A stretch of DNA of 63,273 bases, filler included. It is 10 parts of 10 records of this genome, joined end to end, with 100 filler letters (N's around TTAATTAATTAA, not from the genome) between each part and the next. Parts side by side here need not be neighbours in the genome. Positions count along the whole stretch, not along the records: positions 46,126 to 52,069 come from SRR7504441_3469; positions 52,170 to 57,214 come from SRR7504441_3471; positions 57,315 to 63,273 come from SRR7504441_3481; 7 more parts are not named here. One strand, 5' to 3'. The notes below the pieces were generated by a model, which saw only the letters and a program-made list of their open reading frames with translations, was not told the origin of the DNA and made no database searches. Positions 46,128 to 60,300 of the stretch are shown here, one piece after another; the first letter of the stretch is position 1; each line of letters starts with the position of its first letter. The position numbers and the translations under genes are program-made.

Positions 46128-49100
46128 TTACACATTCGAAGTGGCAACGCAGGTGTAAATGATGGCTGTGATCCAACGAACGATGGTACAGACGGTTTCC
46201 CAGGCGGTTCCTCAGGCGGTTCAAACCTGCGTACTTTGACCCCCGGCCAAACTACGCATGTTGAGGTGGTAGTTCGGTGCGGCAAGATGACCGTGCTTTA
46301 CGACCACCTCACAGTCTGCACCAACAATGGCTTCACCCAGCCAGCCGATCCAGACGGGGCGAGTGTCGAGGTGTACGCCTCAACCCCTTGGAACGTGGCC
46401 GCTGATGCACAGATCAGCAACCTGAGGTACACAGCTGCCGAACCTTGCGACGCGTGTCCGGTCGTGCCGACCAGTGCACCAACCACCAGCGCCCCAACCA
46501 ACGCGCCAACCTGCATGCTGCCTGGAGAGCTCGCAGCGCTGATGGCTCTGTACAACGCGACCAATGGCAGCAACTGGAAGAACAACTCAGGATGGGGCAG
46601 TGGTAGCTACTGTGATGGATGGCACGGGGTTCAATGCGATCCACAAAACCCAGCTGCACTACCTCAGAGCAGCTGCAGCGTGGCGAGCCTCCAGCTCGAG
46701 GACAATTCACTGCAAGGGACTCTGCCTCACACGCTGAGCGATCTAGACGGGCTAATGTACCTGAAACTGGGGCTGAACAAACTCTCGGGCACTCTACCGA
46801 GCTCAATCACCAGCATGTTCAACTCTCGCAGTCACGGTGCAACACAAGAGTTGAATTTGTATGGCAACTCCCTCTCAGGCAGCTTGCCTAATGCAATTGG
46901 GAGTATGGCTGGGCTAGACAACTTGAATTGCTCACTAAACGCTCTCTCGGGCACCCTGCCTCGCACGATGGGCGCGATGAAGTTTCTGCAGCGGCTTGCA
47001 CTCGAGGGACGGGACCGGACTTTCACCTTTAGCACTCGACAACGCTCGGGACCTGCACTGGAATACGCAGAGCGAAGGCTCTCTGGAACACTGCCTCACA
47101 CGCTGAGCAGCATGAACGGTCTGTTTATGCTGGCTTTAGACCACAACATGCTATCGGGTAGCCTCTCTGCTACATTTGGAGCAGCCTACAACACAATTAC
47201 CCAGCGCTATGTGGGTAATTGGTCGGGTTGGGGCTCTATCTGGGGTATGGCCTCTCTCTCAGCATCGTACAACGCCTTCTCCGGTACCATTCCTGACCAG
47301 CTTTTTACCTATTACGGCATGAAACTGTTGCAGCTAAACTGCAACGCCCTCTCGGGCACCATACCCAGCTCATCCTTCGTTCCAGGATATATAGGGTTCA
47401 ACGGGCTCAGTGTCCTCAGCTTGCTCAACAACTTCCTCTCAGGGACCATCCCTGCCAGAATGGGAAATCTTTACCTCGCAACCATGATAGCGCTTGGGCA
47501 GAATGATTTCAGCGGCACAATACCATCGACGCTTGGAAAGATGAGGGTCCTCAAGGCTCTGGATCTGAGTGAGACCTGCTACAGGGGAGGGGGGCTACCG
47601 GAGGGATGCTCCGGCGGAATATCCGGCACTATTCCCAGATCACTTGAGCTGACTGGCTGTAACACATTTGGTACCTATTCCGCTGTCCTCAAGTATAACA
47701 GTACATACGGCAGGATATACGGCGGGCCCTACTGTGATTGGGATCAGTTCGATGCGGAGGGCAAGACGTGGGAACAGTTTATGCAGACCAGGCAACAGGG
47801 AACAGGCTCTGCCAATCTAGGCATACTCTCGCTGCATCAGAACAGGCTCAGTGGGACTTTGTCAGATAAGATCAGCATAAATTACATGGGATCCTTGACT
47901 GCGCACAGGAACAAACTCTCTGGCACGATGCCTGCACTCATGCCTTGCCCGTCCATGTACCAGAACCAGACTTATGATGTAGGGGGGCGACCTTTTAAAA
48001 AAACAATCCCTTCTAACTGTACAGGTCTCCGAGACTCTGTTCTGTTGAAACTCAACAATAACCAAATCAGTGGTACGCTACCCGACATTGGAAACTTCAC
48101 ATACCTGGCTTATCTCATATTGTCTAACAACTTGATCTCGGGAAGCATACCTCACAGCATTGGACGCCTGGGCGGAGCACTGAATCCATGCCGGAACGTG
48201 GTGAATGGAGAGCTGTTGCCGTTTCAGTGGTTTTTATCTGAGAATAAGTTGTCAGGCAGTATTCCAAGTTCTCTGGGCAGTACGACTCAGCTCGTGTCAT
48301 TGAGCCTGGCGGAGAACTCGCTCTCTGGCAGCTTGCCTCGCACCTTAAGCAGTCTAAGGAACATCTCGGTGTTGCATCTGTACCAAAACCTTCTGTCTGG
48401 CCCCATTCCGAGCGAGTTTGGAAGCCTGACGCAATTGAAGAGCCTCTTTATGCATGATAACTCGCTTGAAGGAAGCATCCCAGATTCGCTCGGGAGCTTG
48501 ACCGCTCTCCAGCACCTGGTTGCCCACATGAACAGATTGGACGGGTCCAACTCTGGACTCTATGAGCAGTGGCGGAACCTGACTGTGCTTTCACTGTGGG
48601 GCAATGCCCTTGATTTGGGTCTCGAGATGCTGTCGCACTGTCCGTCCCTCCGGATTGCGCTTCTCCAAGGGTGCGGCGTGAAGGGTACACTGCCTGGCCA
48701 CCTTGGGAGCTTGACCGATCTGGAAACGCTCCTGCTGGATAGCAATTCTCTCTCTGGAACGATCAGTGAAGCCTTTGGGGACAGTATGCCGCACCTTAAG
48801 GCACTTTCACTTTCAAACAATCCCAGTATTTCAGGCACGCTGCCGAAGTCGCTGTTCCTGCTTAGGAATCTGACGGCGCTCCTCGTCAACGGGCTCCAGC
48901 TGTCTGGTAGCCTGCCACACAGTTTGGCAACCAGGCGTGCTGCTGAGATGCAGTGGCCTCTCGAGGTCTTGTCGCTCTCCAGAAATTACTTCGACGGCCC
49001 AACTGATATGCTCGAAGGCGCAAACAATCTCAAGACTCTTTTGTTGTCTAGCAACAGGTTCTCGTGCAATGCGGTAGCTCTTGAGGGTGCCACCGAGTTA

Positions 49101-51842
49101 GGCACAGGCGAATTCACCGAGCCTGGGCAACAAGCAATGAAACGCGCAGCCGTTGCATACCAGGACGAGTTTACCTTTGTGATTTGGAACGAGACTTTGA
49201 CACTCTCCTCCAACGGCATTTCTATAGATGTGTACAAGATTGTAATACACACGGTGGATCCGTTCAAGAAGATCATCCCCAAGACCTTCACCAATGTAGC
49301 ACTTGTGTTCAGTGGGAACCAAGAGCTGACGACAAACGCCTCCTCTCTACCAGCGATTGAAATCAGCAATCTCGTCCGAGTCGACCGCATCCAACAGGTG
49401 TGCCATACCCGCTGGAGCGCAGCTAACCAGCGGCAGGGGCGCCATGGTCTCTTCTCGGATTATCCTCAGCTAAAGCAGTTGCTGCTGATCATGCTCCCTG
49501 TTCTGGTCCTGGGGTACAGTGTGGCATTGTGGTGCATTGTGGGAGCGCGGGGGTGTGAGGCAGTTCGGGCTCGACTGAAGTCTTATCTGTGTCCCTGGGT
49601 TTCTATACGTGCTGAAGATAAGGGTGGGATGTACAGGTTTCTGGGGTTAGGGCCGAGTAGCATTAGAATTCTCTAGTAGAGTTTAGTCTGGCCTTGTTCG
49701 CCTTCCTGCTCGCCCTCTAACCCGGATGTGCAGGCTCGGGATGCCAGTGTACCTACTGCATGAATTTATGAGTGTGAGTCCTTGGCTACTTCTCGCGGGC
49801 ATGGGGCTCCTCCTTCTGAACCGGTTGAGTGAGAGTCTGTACGATCGGAACAGTGGTTGTGTAGATCCGCTCATGCGATTCACGACGGCCCCCATTGACG
49901 CTGACCGAACTTATGGTTACTGTTGGGTGGTCTTGGCAGCCGCGGTTGTGACTGCCATGGCAGCGCTCATGGAGAAGCTGCTCGCTGATGATAGGACTTC
50001 CGCCGCCAAATCGCTCCTTCAGACAGTCTCTGAGATCAGTTCTGCAGACCAGCAGTCGCCGGCGTTTGTGTTGGCGGCCTGGCGGCACAATATGAAGAAG
50101 CCGAGCCAAGTGCTTGCTCTGACTCGGCGGGTGCTATACCAACTAGCACACATCCCGGTGCTGGTTGTGCTCTCGCTGCCGATTTGCCTCTTCGTGCTCG
50201 TGACAAACGTGGCAAAGGGACAACTTCCGGCAATCGTGGAAATTCTGTTTGGCAACGCCCTCTCTGTAGCTGTCATGGGCACTCTGCTTGAATCAGTGCT
50301 AGTTCCTGTCGCTACTACCTGGCTCGCTAATCTCAAATATGGAACAGTGGCTGCCTGCTCGCCGGAAGTGATTCATTACTTCAAGGCCCAGGTATCTAGC
50401 TCACAGAGTGAGCGAACTTGCACGAGCCGTTAGCACCACCCTGTGCTAAGCTGCTCTTGCCTGAGCTTCATCGTCAGGTGAACACTGCTCTCATCTTTCG
50501 CGGGGTAGCGGTGGTGCTCGCTCCCATGGTAGCCACAGTCGTGGTTGATGAATGTAAGTAGCCCTATTCGCGCGAGCTATAGAGGCTGATCTGGTGGTCT
50601 GGTGTGCTAAAGCGTGCCTTCGATATTACTTGCACTACGATCTCGACCTGCGCAGTTTGCTCGAAGAGTGGAATCTTGGTATGGTTGGCTTCAGCGCGTA
50701 TCGACAAGGGTCAGTCTGGCCAATGATATTGCTGACTGTGATCTCCAGGTTTTGTTCCCGGCAGCTCCTCACGAGCTTTGCATATATTTGGATTAATACA
50801 GTGTTGCTTGCGACGGTGTTGCGGGCCGCTCAGGACCTGTTCCTTCATCTGCCAGCGATCCGCAGGGTGCTGCACGGCATGAAACAAATGGGCAACAAAG
50901 CCACGTCCTTTCTTTTTGGGGACAAAGATGAAGAGGCCACGGATCCATTCACTCAAACTTGCGCAGAGGCAGCGAATAGTCAACAAGAGCTAGTAAACTG
51001 CATGTCAGTAATGACGATCACAGGCGTTTTCGGTAGCTGGCAGCCACGGGCAGAGCTCACGTGTGGCTGGGGCAGGCCCGGTAGTGCCGTGGCTTCTGCT
51101 GGTGGTGCCCTTTGGGCTGTGGCAACTCTTCTGTGCATCCTGCTGGTTGAATAAGCACTCGGAAAGGGAGTTTGGTCAGATTCTAGCGGCCCAGGTGCTG
51201 GTCCAGATCCCTTTGCGTGCCTTTCAAGTGGCCTCCATGATGATGAGCTGGACTGTGAGTGTCTATGTACTGTGGGACATTGGAATCGACCATAGCGTCT
51301 TGGTGCTGTTCGGCTGTCTCTGCACCGTCCAAGTAGCGTTTCTGATCTACCTGCAGAGGAGATTTGCTCACGCTATTGCCTTGTCTAGGAACTGCCGGCA
51401 GGCACCCGAAGCTGTGGAATTCCATCCATCGCAGGCACCCGATACTGTGGAATTCTTTTTGGATTCACTCGAGGCACGCGACGAGCCCGTAATCATCGGG
51501 ATGGATGGAGGTGCTACCGTTGAGTTCAATCCAGCTAGATCTCGTTCACCCGTACACAATGAATCGCGAGCACGCAACTCCAAAGAATCTGACAGGTTGA
51601 TGGAAATTTCCAATGTGCAGTCAAGAGACTCGGAGCAGGGAGTTCAGGCCTGTGAGGTGGAGGCCAATGAGCAGTTGTCCAGGCTCCGGTGGCGCCGTGA
51701 CGAGGGGGAGATTACAAAAAGGGAATATAAGAAGCTGAAAAAAGAGATATATCGAAGGAAGAAGGCTGAAAGAACCATTGATCACAACTCACAAAGGGGG
51801 ATCCAGGGCTCCTCGACATATATTTATCTTATTTATAACTAA
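46128..51842 (+). CDS. LRR receptor-like protein with multi-pass membrane C-terminus, 5'-truncated
   Basis: LRRNT ALMALYNATNGSNW..CDGWHGVQC; about 20 plant-type LxLxxNxLSGTIP repeats; several hydrophobic exons at 49480-51350. Confidence 0.85.
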
Positions 51843-52460
51843 ACTTGACCCTCTCTCTCCATCGTGCATGATTGTGTACATGCATGCAGCAGAAAATGGA
51901 ATAAATCTCTACGTGCATGATATGGTTGTATCACTGCCCTACAGCTCTAGTCGGATTCTGCATTCTCCTATTTGGACCTTTGCCAGCGATCACCAGCAAT
52001 ACCACTGCACAGTTAACCGCTTCTGCTTGTATGGGCAGCCATCTGGTTGCCCGGGGCGCAAGGCGCCAGNNNNNNNNNNNNNNNNNNNNNNNNNNNNNNN
52101 NNNNNNNNNNNNNTTAATTAATTAANNNNNNNNNNNNNNNNNNNNNNNNNNNNNNNNNNNNNNNNNNNNTGAGGCGGGAGTGAGGGGTCTAGGCTCAAAG
52201 CAAGTCGAGCCTAGGCTGGACCCATCAAACTTAAATTAAATTTGTCCCCCCCGGAGATGGTTTACTAACCTAGGTAGCTTTTGAGCATAATCGTTTCAGT
52301 GTATGTACGAGTAATCACACGATCAAAACGCCCCCGCCCGCTGGGACGACTGACCTGTCACTTTCCCGACAGCCTACGTCTGCGGACCTGATCGAGTCAC
52401 AAGTCCTCCGACTCAATAAGATTAACACACGCACCGCGGAGTGCAAAGGTCGTCGTCAAA

Positions 52461-55400
52461 ATGGCCACGCCGCGCAGGGACCTGCGTTTCGGGCTCAACG
52501 GGCAGCTACGGGTGGAGGACACGGTCTCCCCTCAGCGCACCTTGCTCGACTACCTCCGGACCGTCGGGCTTACGGGCACCAAGTACGGCTGCGGGGAGGG
52601 CGGCTGTGGAGCTTGGTGCGCGCCCGCTGCCTGCCCGCCGACAAGCGGGGCAGTACTGTGGTTGTCCAATCGCCGGAGGGGCCGCCGCGAGCGGTCAACG
52701 CGTGCCTGGCTCCGCTCTGCTCAGTCGATGGCTGCGCGGTGCGCTCTCAGAAGCCAAGAGGTCGAGGGCGGGTAGGTGACCACAGTAGAAGGCATCGGCG
52801 GCCCGCGGTCAATGCACCCAATCCAGCGGGCAGTCTGCGACTCGCACGGCTCGCAGTGCGGGTGCGCGCTCTTTGCGGCTCGGTCAGTCGGGCTGACAGG
52901 TTCTGCACCCCGGGGATTGTTATGTCCATGTACGCACTTCTCGGGGCGGCCGACCGGCTGCCCTCTGCGGAGCAGGTTGAGCACGCGCTGGACGGGAATC
53001 TGTGCCGATGCACGGGTCAGCCGCCGCCTGTTAGGCTCGGAGCCGGGTGGACAGGGTACAGACCGCTGCTGCAGGCATTCAGAGAGTTTGTGGGCGATGA
53101 CTCCAAGCCTGGTGCCCGCGCAACCAGCTGCTCGGCTCAGGCCGGGCCAGTGCCTCCAGAGCTGCTCCAGCGCACCATGCCAGCTGGACTGGCTGCACAG
53201 CTGTCTGGGCTGGTTGCTGAGCCGCTCGAGATTGTGGGCGCAAGCTGCAGCTGGTTCCGGTACATGCGAGGCTGGGCGCCCCTGACATAGGTCAGGCCGG
53301 CGAGCCTAGACCAGCTGCTCCAGCTCAAGCAACGGCACCCAGCCGCCAGGCTGGTGGTGGGCAACACCGAGGTAGCCGCCGTTGGCTGGGCTCAGCTCGG
53401 TGGCAGGTTGGAATTGAAGTAGAATTCTCCAATGCCAAGTACCCTGTGCTGATATCCACGGCGGCGGTGCCCGAGCTCAACCGGTTGGACTGCTGGCGAC
53501 CGGAGGCTCATCATCGGGCGGGCAGGTGCTCGGGCTCGTGTGACGCAGTGCAGCTCGGGGGCGCTGTGCCGCTCACTCAAGTGCTCGAGCAGCTCAAGGC
53601 GGCGAGTGCAGATGTAGCGGGAGACCACCGGGCAAGGATATGGCAAGCGGTGATCGCGGTTAGTCGGCGGCTGGCGAGCTGGTTGCAGGTGGAGCGGCAG
53701 CTGCACTGGTTTGCCTCGACGCCAATCCGGAATACAGCATGCATTGGTGGCAACCTTGCGACTGCTAGCCCGATTTCGGACCTGAATCCACTTCTGATGG
53801 CCTCCAAGGCCACGGTGTGAAGATAGAATCCGGCTGTGATTTTATCTTCGGGCTGTGGCAGGCGGTACTGGCATCTGCTGCAAGAGGCGAGCGGACAGTG
53901 CTCGTGCGAGAGTTTTTCACAGGCTACCGCGCCACTGTGGTCAAGCCAGATGAGGTAATTGTGTCGGTTGCCATCCCGGCTGCCGCCCCTGGAGAGTGGT
54001 TCATGGAGTTCAAGCAGTGTAGGCGGCGGGATGATGACATCGCAATCGTGAATGCAGGGATGCGTGTGCTGCTTGATCTATCTCACGTAGTGCAGGATGC
54101 CTCGCTCGCATTTGGTGGGATGGCAGCCAAGAGTGTTAATGCGATGCGGACAGAGCAATATCTAATCGGAAAGAAATGGGACCAGGCTCTGCTTGAAGGT
54201 GCACTGGCTCTGCTTTCAGAGGGTGGTGGCGGGGCTGTCCTGACTGATGAGTCAGAAGGATACTCGAGGACCGCAGTGCTGGCTGCACAGCTGGCCACTG
54301 CGCAACCAGCGGCGCAGTCAGAGAGTATCCCCGCGTCCAGCGCTATGACGAAGCCGATCCCAGACCTTCCGATGCCTATGGGCGCCCCTGGGGGCATGGA
54401 GCAATACCGGTCAGTGCTTGCGCTGTCGTTCTTCTACAAGTTCTTTGTTCACGTGGCAAATCAGACAGGCTGTGTTGCTATGTCCACAAAGCAGCTCTCT
54501 GCGTGCACCGCGTTCAAACGACCCGCTGCACAAGGGCTCCAGCACCTCGACTACACTGCCGATGAGCTCACTGCCGCTGGCTCAAAAATCGGAGTCCCTG
54601 TTAAGCATTGCGCTGGCCACCTTCATGTCACAGGCACTGCAGAATACACGGGCGACATACCGGTTGCACCCGATCACACGTTTGCCCATCCGGTCCTCTC
54701 GCAGCGGCCACATGCCCGGATTGTTGCTGTGGACTCCACAGCAGCACTCGCTGTACCTGGTGTTTTGGGCTGGGTAGACAGTTCTAGCATCCCAGAAAAT
54801 GGGACAAACAGCTATGGAGTTGCTGCACTGATGGATGAGGTGGTATTTGCTCAGCAGACTGTCCACTGCGTTGGTCAGCTGATTGGGCTGATAGTCGCCT
54901 GTGATGCTGCGACTGCCAAGGCTGCGGCTCTGCTTGTCCAAGTCGAGTACCAGGATCTACCGGGAGCGGTGCTCAGCATTGAGGAGGCAATAGCAGCTCA
55001 GTCCTTCCTGCCGCCAGTTGCAGGCAAACAGCTTCACTGTGGGATGCCAATCGACGAGGCACTCGGCCAGTCGGAATTGGTGCTCGAAGGCCAGATGCGC
55101 ATCGGGGGTCAGGAGCATTTTTATCTTGAGACTCAGGCAACACTGGCAGTGCCCTGTGATGGCGGGGAGTCTCTTGAGGTGGTTTCGTCCACGCAGAATC
55201 CGACCAAGACACAGATGTGTGTTGCCCGCATCTTAGGGCTCCCTGCTGCACGTGTCCAGTGCAGTGTCCGCAGGCTTGGAGGCGGGTTCGGGGGTAAAGA
55301 GACTCGGAACATCTTCCTCAGCACAGCAGTAGCTGTGGCTGCTCTGGCGCTTGACAGGCCTGTTCGTATTGCACTTTCTCGTGAGGATGACATGTGTAGC

Positions 55401-57094
55401 TCAGGAACGAGGCATCCCTACATGGGCCAATACCGAGTTGGATGTTCGTCTTCTGGAATGATCCAGGCGATCGATTATGAAATCTTCTCGAATGGGGGGC
55501 ACACAGCGGACCTGAGCTGGCCTTCGCTCGAGCGGGCCATGTTCCATGTTGATAATGCGTACAAGATCCCCAACATGCGAGTCATGGCACGAGCATGCAA
55601 GACAAATCTACCTTCCAACACTGCATTCCGCGGGTTTGGGGGTCCGCAGGGCATGATGATGATGGAGACGGTAATTGAGCATGTTGCAAGACACTGTGGC
55701 ATCTCACCACTGCAAGTGCGGCAGCAGAATCTGTACCGTGCAGGGCAGCCGACACACTACAACATGATACCGCAAGATCCTAGTCGACTGGACCTTTGCC
55801 TGAGCCAAGTGGTCTCACAGTTTGGTCAAGATGGATATGACACTGCTGTTGCTCGTGTTGCTGAATTCAATGCAGCTCATAGACATCGCAAGCGTGGGCT
55901 AGCAGCAATCCCAACCAAATTTGGAATGAGCTTCACAGCAACTTTCATGAACCAGGCCTCTGCGCTGGTGCATGTCTACGCCGACGGCACTGTACTGGTC
56001 AACCATGGCGGCACAGAAATGGGGCAGGGCTTGCACACAAAAATGTGCCAGATTGCTGCCACCGCATTCCAAATACCACTTGCGCAAGTGTATGTAGCTG
56101 ACACTTCAACAGCCAAGTGTGCCAACACATCGCCCACCGCAGCCTCAGTGTCTGCTGATATGAACGGTGCTGCGGTCCTTGCAGCCTGTGATGCGATCAA
56201 CACCCGGCTGAAGCCGATTCGGGCTAATTTGCCAGACGATGTCAGCTTCGCCCAGCTGTGCTCTGCAGCATTCTTCCAACGAGTAGACCTCTCCGCACAT
56301 GGTCACTATAAGACTCCCATGCCAGGCTTTGACTTTGAGAAAGGTGTGCCCATGTCTATGGCCTGCGCATGCGACGCGCTGGTTGTAGGAACTGGCCGGC
56401 CGTTCCATTACTTCTCGTATGGAGCTGCAGTTTCTGAGGTCGAGGTAGATACACTCACAGGCGACCACCAGATACTGCGGTGCGCTGTTATGGCTGAATG
56501 GCTGAACAAGTATTTCATTACCGAACATTGTATTTTCAGGTCATTTATTGTCCATGATTGTGGGAAGAGCCTCAACCCCGCAATTGATATTGGACAAGTG
56601 GAAGGTGCTTTTGTCCAGGGCATGGGTTACTTCACAGTTGAAGAGTCAGTCTGGGCCACCAGTGGACCCAGAGCAGGTAGGATGGTGACACGCGGCCCTG
56701 GTGCTTACAAGCTGCCCTCGTTCAATGATATTCCAATTGATTTCTCGGTCAAGCTCTTGGAGCACAGCTCTGAGCACACCGCGACCCCTGTGGTCCACTC
56801 CTCGAAGGGGGTCATTCGCAACTTCGGCCGTTGCTGACCCAACGGCAGGTGGGTGAACCGCCCCTGTTCCTAGGAGCCTCCGTCTTCTTTGCTATTCGTG
56901 ACGCGATCTCTGCTGCTCGAGAGGAGGCACCTGCCCAAATATATGCTTGATCTCAGTGTGTGATTAAGGTGGGACTGAGCGGTTTCTTCCAGCTGAATGC
57001 TCCTGCTAGTGCTGAACGAATCCGGATGGCGTGTAGCGACAGAGTCACCCGTCGGTTCGTAGGAGATGACTTTCAACCAAATATCTGCTGCTAG
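52461..57094 (+). CDS. XDH: Xanthine dehydrogenase
   Basis: [62 protein letters not shown] after removing 35-42 nt introns (e.g. 52616-52653, 52739-52775, 52862-52899, 53016-53054, 53260-53295, 53372-53406, 56927-56968). Confidence 0.97.
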
Positions 57095-57314
57095 CAAGCT
57101 ACTGCATTCGAGCAGCCGGAGCAATGATAGGGAGCAATGCATTGATGCAATGCATTGAAGTAGCTTGTTGAGCGCACCTTTGGACGCACGTGCTTCATAC
57201 AAAACTTCACAATTNNNNNNNNNNNNNNNNNNNNNNNNNNNNNNNNNNNNNNNNNNNNTTAATTAATTAANNNNNNNNNNNNNNNNNNNNNNNNNNNNNN
57301 NNNNNNNNNNNNNN

Positions 57315-60300
57315 CACTGTGTCGCCCAAATAATTCACTCTCTTGTTACCATCTGCATCTACTATTTCTTGCCCCTGTTCGTCCCTGTCATACTGGGTAG
57401 GCACAAATGCTGCGCGGATGCCACAAATGTCAGCGAGGTTGCCTGTGACAAACAGCTTGCGCATTACTGGGTTGAGTGGCTCCTTGACAAGACGTGGTGC
57501 AAGCACGTCACGGCGTATGATTGGGGCATTGACCACAGCCTTAATTTCCTTGAACTCCTCAAATCCAACATAACCGGACCCGTCTGTATCCATCATGTCA
57601 AACCTGCATGCAGAAGTCAACCTACATTACCTGGCCAGGCACACACCAAACACGGATGAGCTCATCATCACTGCCCTTGCCGTCTCCATAAGCTGATGCA
57701 ATCTCTGACCAGGTCTCAAAGTCCATCCCTTCATCTTCTTCATTATCAGGGTCCTTCTCCTTGGCCAGGTCGAATGCTGTGTACAGAATAATCTGCTCCA
57801 TTTTCTTCTCCCGCGAGATTGCTGAACCGTAAATCTCCCTGTATGCATTGAACACAACACCAAGAAGAAGACTGAGAAGAAAGAAGAAGGTGATAAGCAT
57901 GAATGAGATCAGGACAAACATTGTGACCTGATATTTGCTGTACAGCTGGAGCAGAATATCTGGGTGGTTGGCAGTGGTGAGCAGAATTAAGAAGTTCCAG
58001 ATCCCATCTGCTCGGTTGCCAACAATTGGGGGGTATGCCTCAAGGTTCTGGTCCATCTGATTTTGATTCATGATTGCCAGGTAAAAGAAATAGTACATAA
58101 AGAATGAGACCACAATCAGTGATATCACGCTCGGCAGCTTCATAAACACTTTGAATGCAGACAAGCAGGCGGATCGCATGGATGGGGAGAAGAAGAGGAA
58201 CATGTAGCAACGGGAGATCTTGAGGCCCATTGCCCACCGGTCAATGTAGATGTTTCCCAATACAGTGTTGATCTCAATCTGCTGCCACTTGCTGATGTCT
58301 TGCACAATGCTGATCGTGCACATCGGAAGAGCAAACAGCATCAGGCCAATCAGCCAGTACTCCTCGCGTGAGCCCCGGAACCAGAATTGTCGGCACGGCC
58401 ACATGCATTGAAGGTAGATAAAGCCCACAGCCCAGATGATAATGGTGCACGTGGCTGACATGGCCAGCCCAATGGCATCTGAGGTGCTCCAAGTCTGGGG
58501 GGACTCAAAGAGCGAAGCAAGCATGAGCACTGCGCAGATTGTACGGAACAAACGGCAGAAGAACTGAGAACGCAGTGTGCGCCCCCACCCAACAGCACTA
58601 GGTGAGTCAGACCAAACTGTGCCAGCACAGATCTTATCCTTTGCACCGTATCCACTTGAGTCACCAGCCTCACTCAGGTAGTAGATGTCCGTCAGGTTGT
58701 GAGTAGCATCACGCACCATTACAGCTGCTTGCTTCTTCTTGTACCAAATGAGATCATTGAATGGATTCTTGAGCGATCCTACCTTGTACCGAGGGATCTT
58801 CCAAAGCAGCGACATATTGAGGTTCTGATCTGGCTGCAGACCAAAGTACGGCCACAGGTTGGCTTCTGCCAGCATCCGAGCAAATTCTGAGAAAAAGAGG
58901 TAGCCAGGTCGGGTCACCCCAAATGTGTCAACAAGGTCCTCGCACATGTCCACGCTATCCTCAAGAGTATCCATATCAGTGTCTGAGAAGTGTGAAATGT
59001 GGTTCTCAAACACCTGGTGCAGCTCATGCACACTGATCATATTGTCATCATTGTCGTCCACCAGGTCGAACAGCCTTGTGACCTCCCACTTGAGCTCCTG
59101 CATGGACAGTGCACCGTGCTGGTACGCCAGCTCTGGTTTATTGTTGACCATGTCCACGAGCACAGCCCAGAAGTCGTGCTGCTCAATCATGTTGTGGAAC
59201 TGATCAAAGTCCAGCAGCCCGTCTTCACCAAACTCCTCGACCATGGCAGCAGTGAGCGCCTCAGGGGCGTGCTCAGAAGAGTCTCCCTCAATTGCAGATG
59301 GGTCAGTCACAAAGTGCATGAAGATCTCAAGCAGCTCGACGTGATCAATTGTGCCGCTCTTGTTTTCGTCCACACGATCAAAGAGAGTTTCAAGCCACAT
59401 TCTGCCAAAGTTGTCCATGTCCTGTAGCTCAACCACACCGACTTTATCCAAGATCCGGTCAAACTCAAGCTCATGGTACTGCCCAAACTTTGCCAACCAC
59501 TCATCACGCGACACCTCCCTGTGATCGCCATAGTACATGTCATTCCCAAGCATTGGCTGCTCCTCACCAGTGCCAGAGCCTTTACCAAATACTGAGCTGG
59601 TGCCAGAGCCACGTCCAGGCCCTGGCCGGCTCCGATTGCCTTGGCGGTCACTTTGAATCTGATCCCACTCTTGGCGGTCAACAAACCCGTCTCTATTGGT
59701 GTCATACTGATCAAAACCCCTGTCACCTTTGCCAAACACAGCCTCCCACTCTGCGCGATCGATCTTGGCATTCTTGTCGGAGTCCATCTTCAGAAACTGG
59801 AGTGCCTTGCTCTGGCCATTCCCAGACTCCATCAGGTACACTAGTACTCCATACCCGTTGGGTGGGGTGGTCTCATCCAGAAGCTTGACTGGGCGCATGA
59901 CAGCGTCATACAGCACCCCACCATGCTCTTCCTCATGCTCCAGCTCATGATCCTGAGTTAGCACCATATGGATGTGCTCTAGTCGCTTTAGGCAAGCCTC
60001 ATCCTCCCATCCCAAGTCAGAGTCAAACTTGCGCTCCACTTCAACATGCTCGACTGTTGCAGGCACTGATCCACCAGCCTTAGTTGCTGCCTTCTGGATC
60101 TCAGTAAAGCTGCCCTCAGTGATGACAGCCTCCTTGTACGTCTTATTAGCCCAGGTGTACTTGCCCTGAGCATCTTGTATGCACATAGCAATTGGCAGGT
60201 CGTCCAGCATCTCCCGATCTTGATTGAGACTCTCAAGCTTGCTTGTCTTGTTCTCCATTGCCTGCATTAGGTCGTTGTCTGTGTCTGCTGCCATAATGTC

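Noticed and set aside
52461-57094. Frameshifts and in-frame stops suggesting pseudogenes, recoding or an alternative genetic code
   Set aside because: Every break I examined is resolved by a short GT/GC-AG intron.
12036-57314. Regularly recurring TTAATTAATTAA between N runs as a biological repeat
   Set aside because: Identical 100-bp stop-in-all-frames linker used to concatenate contigs; gene adjacency across it is meaningless.
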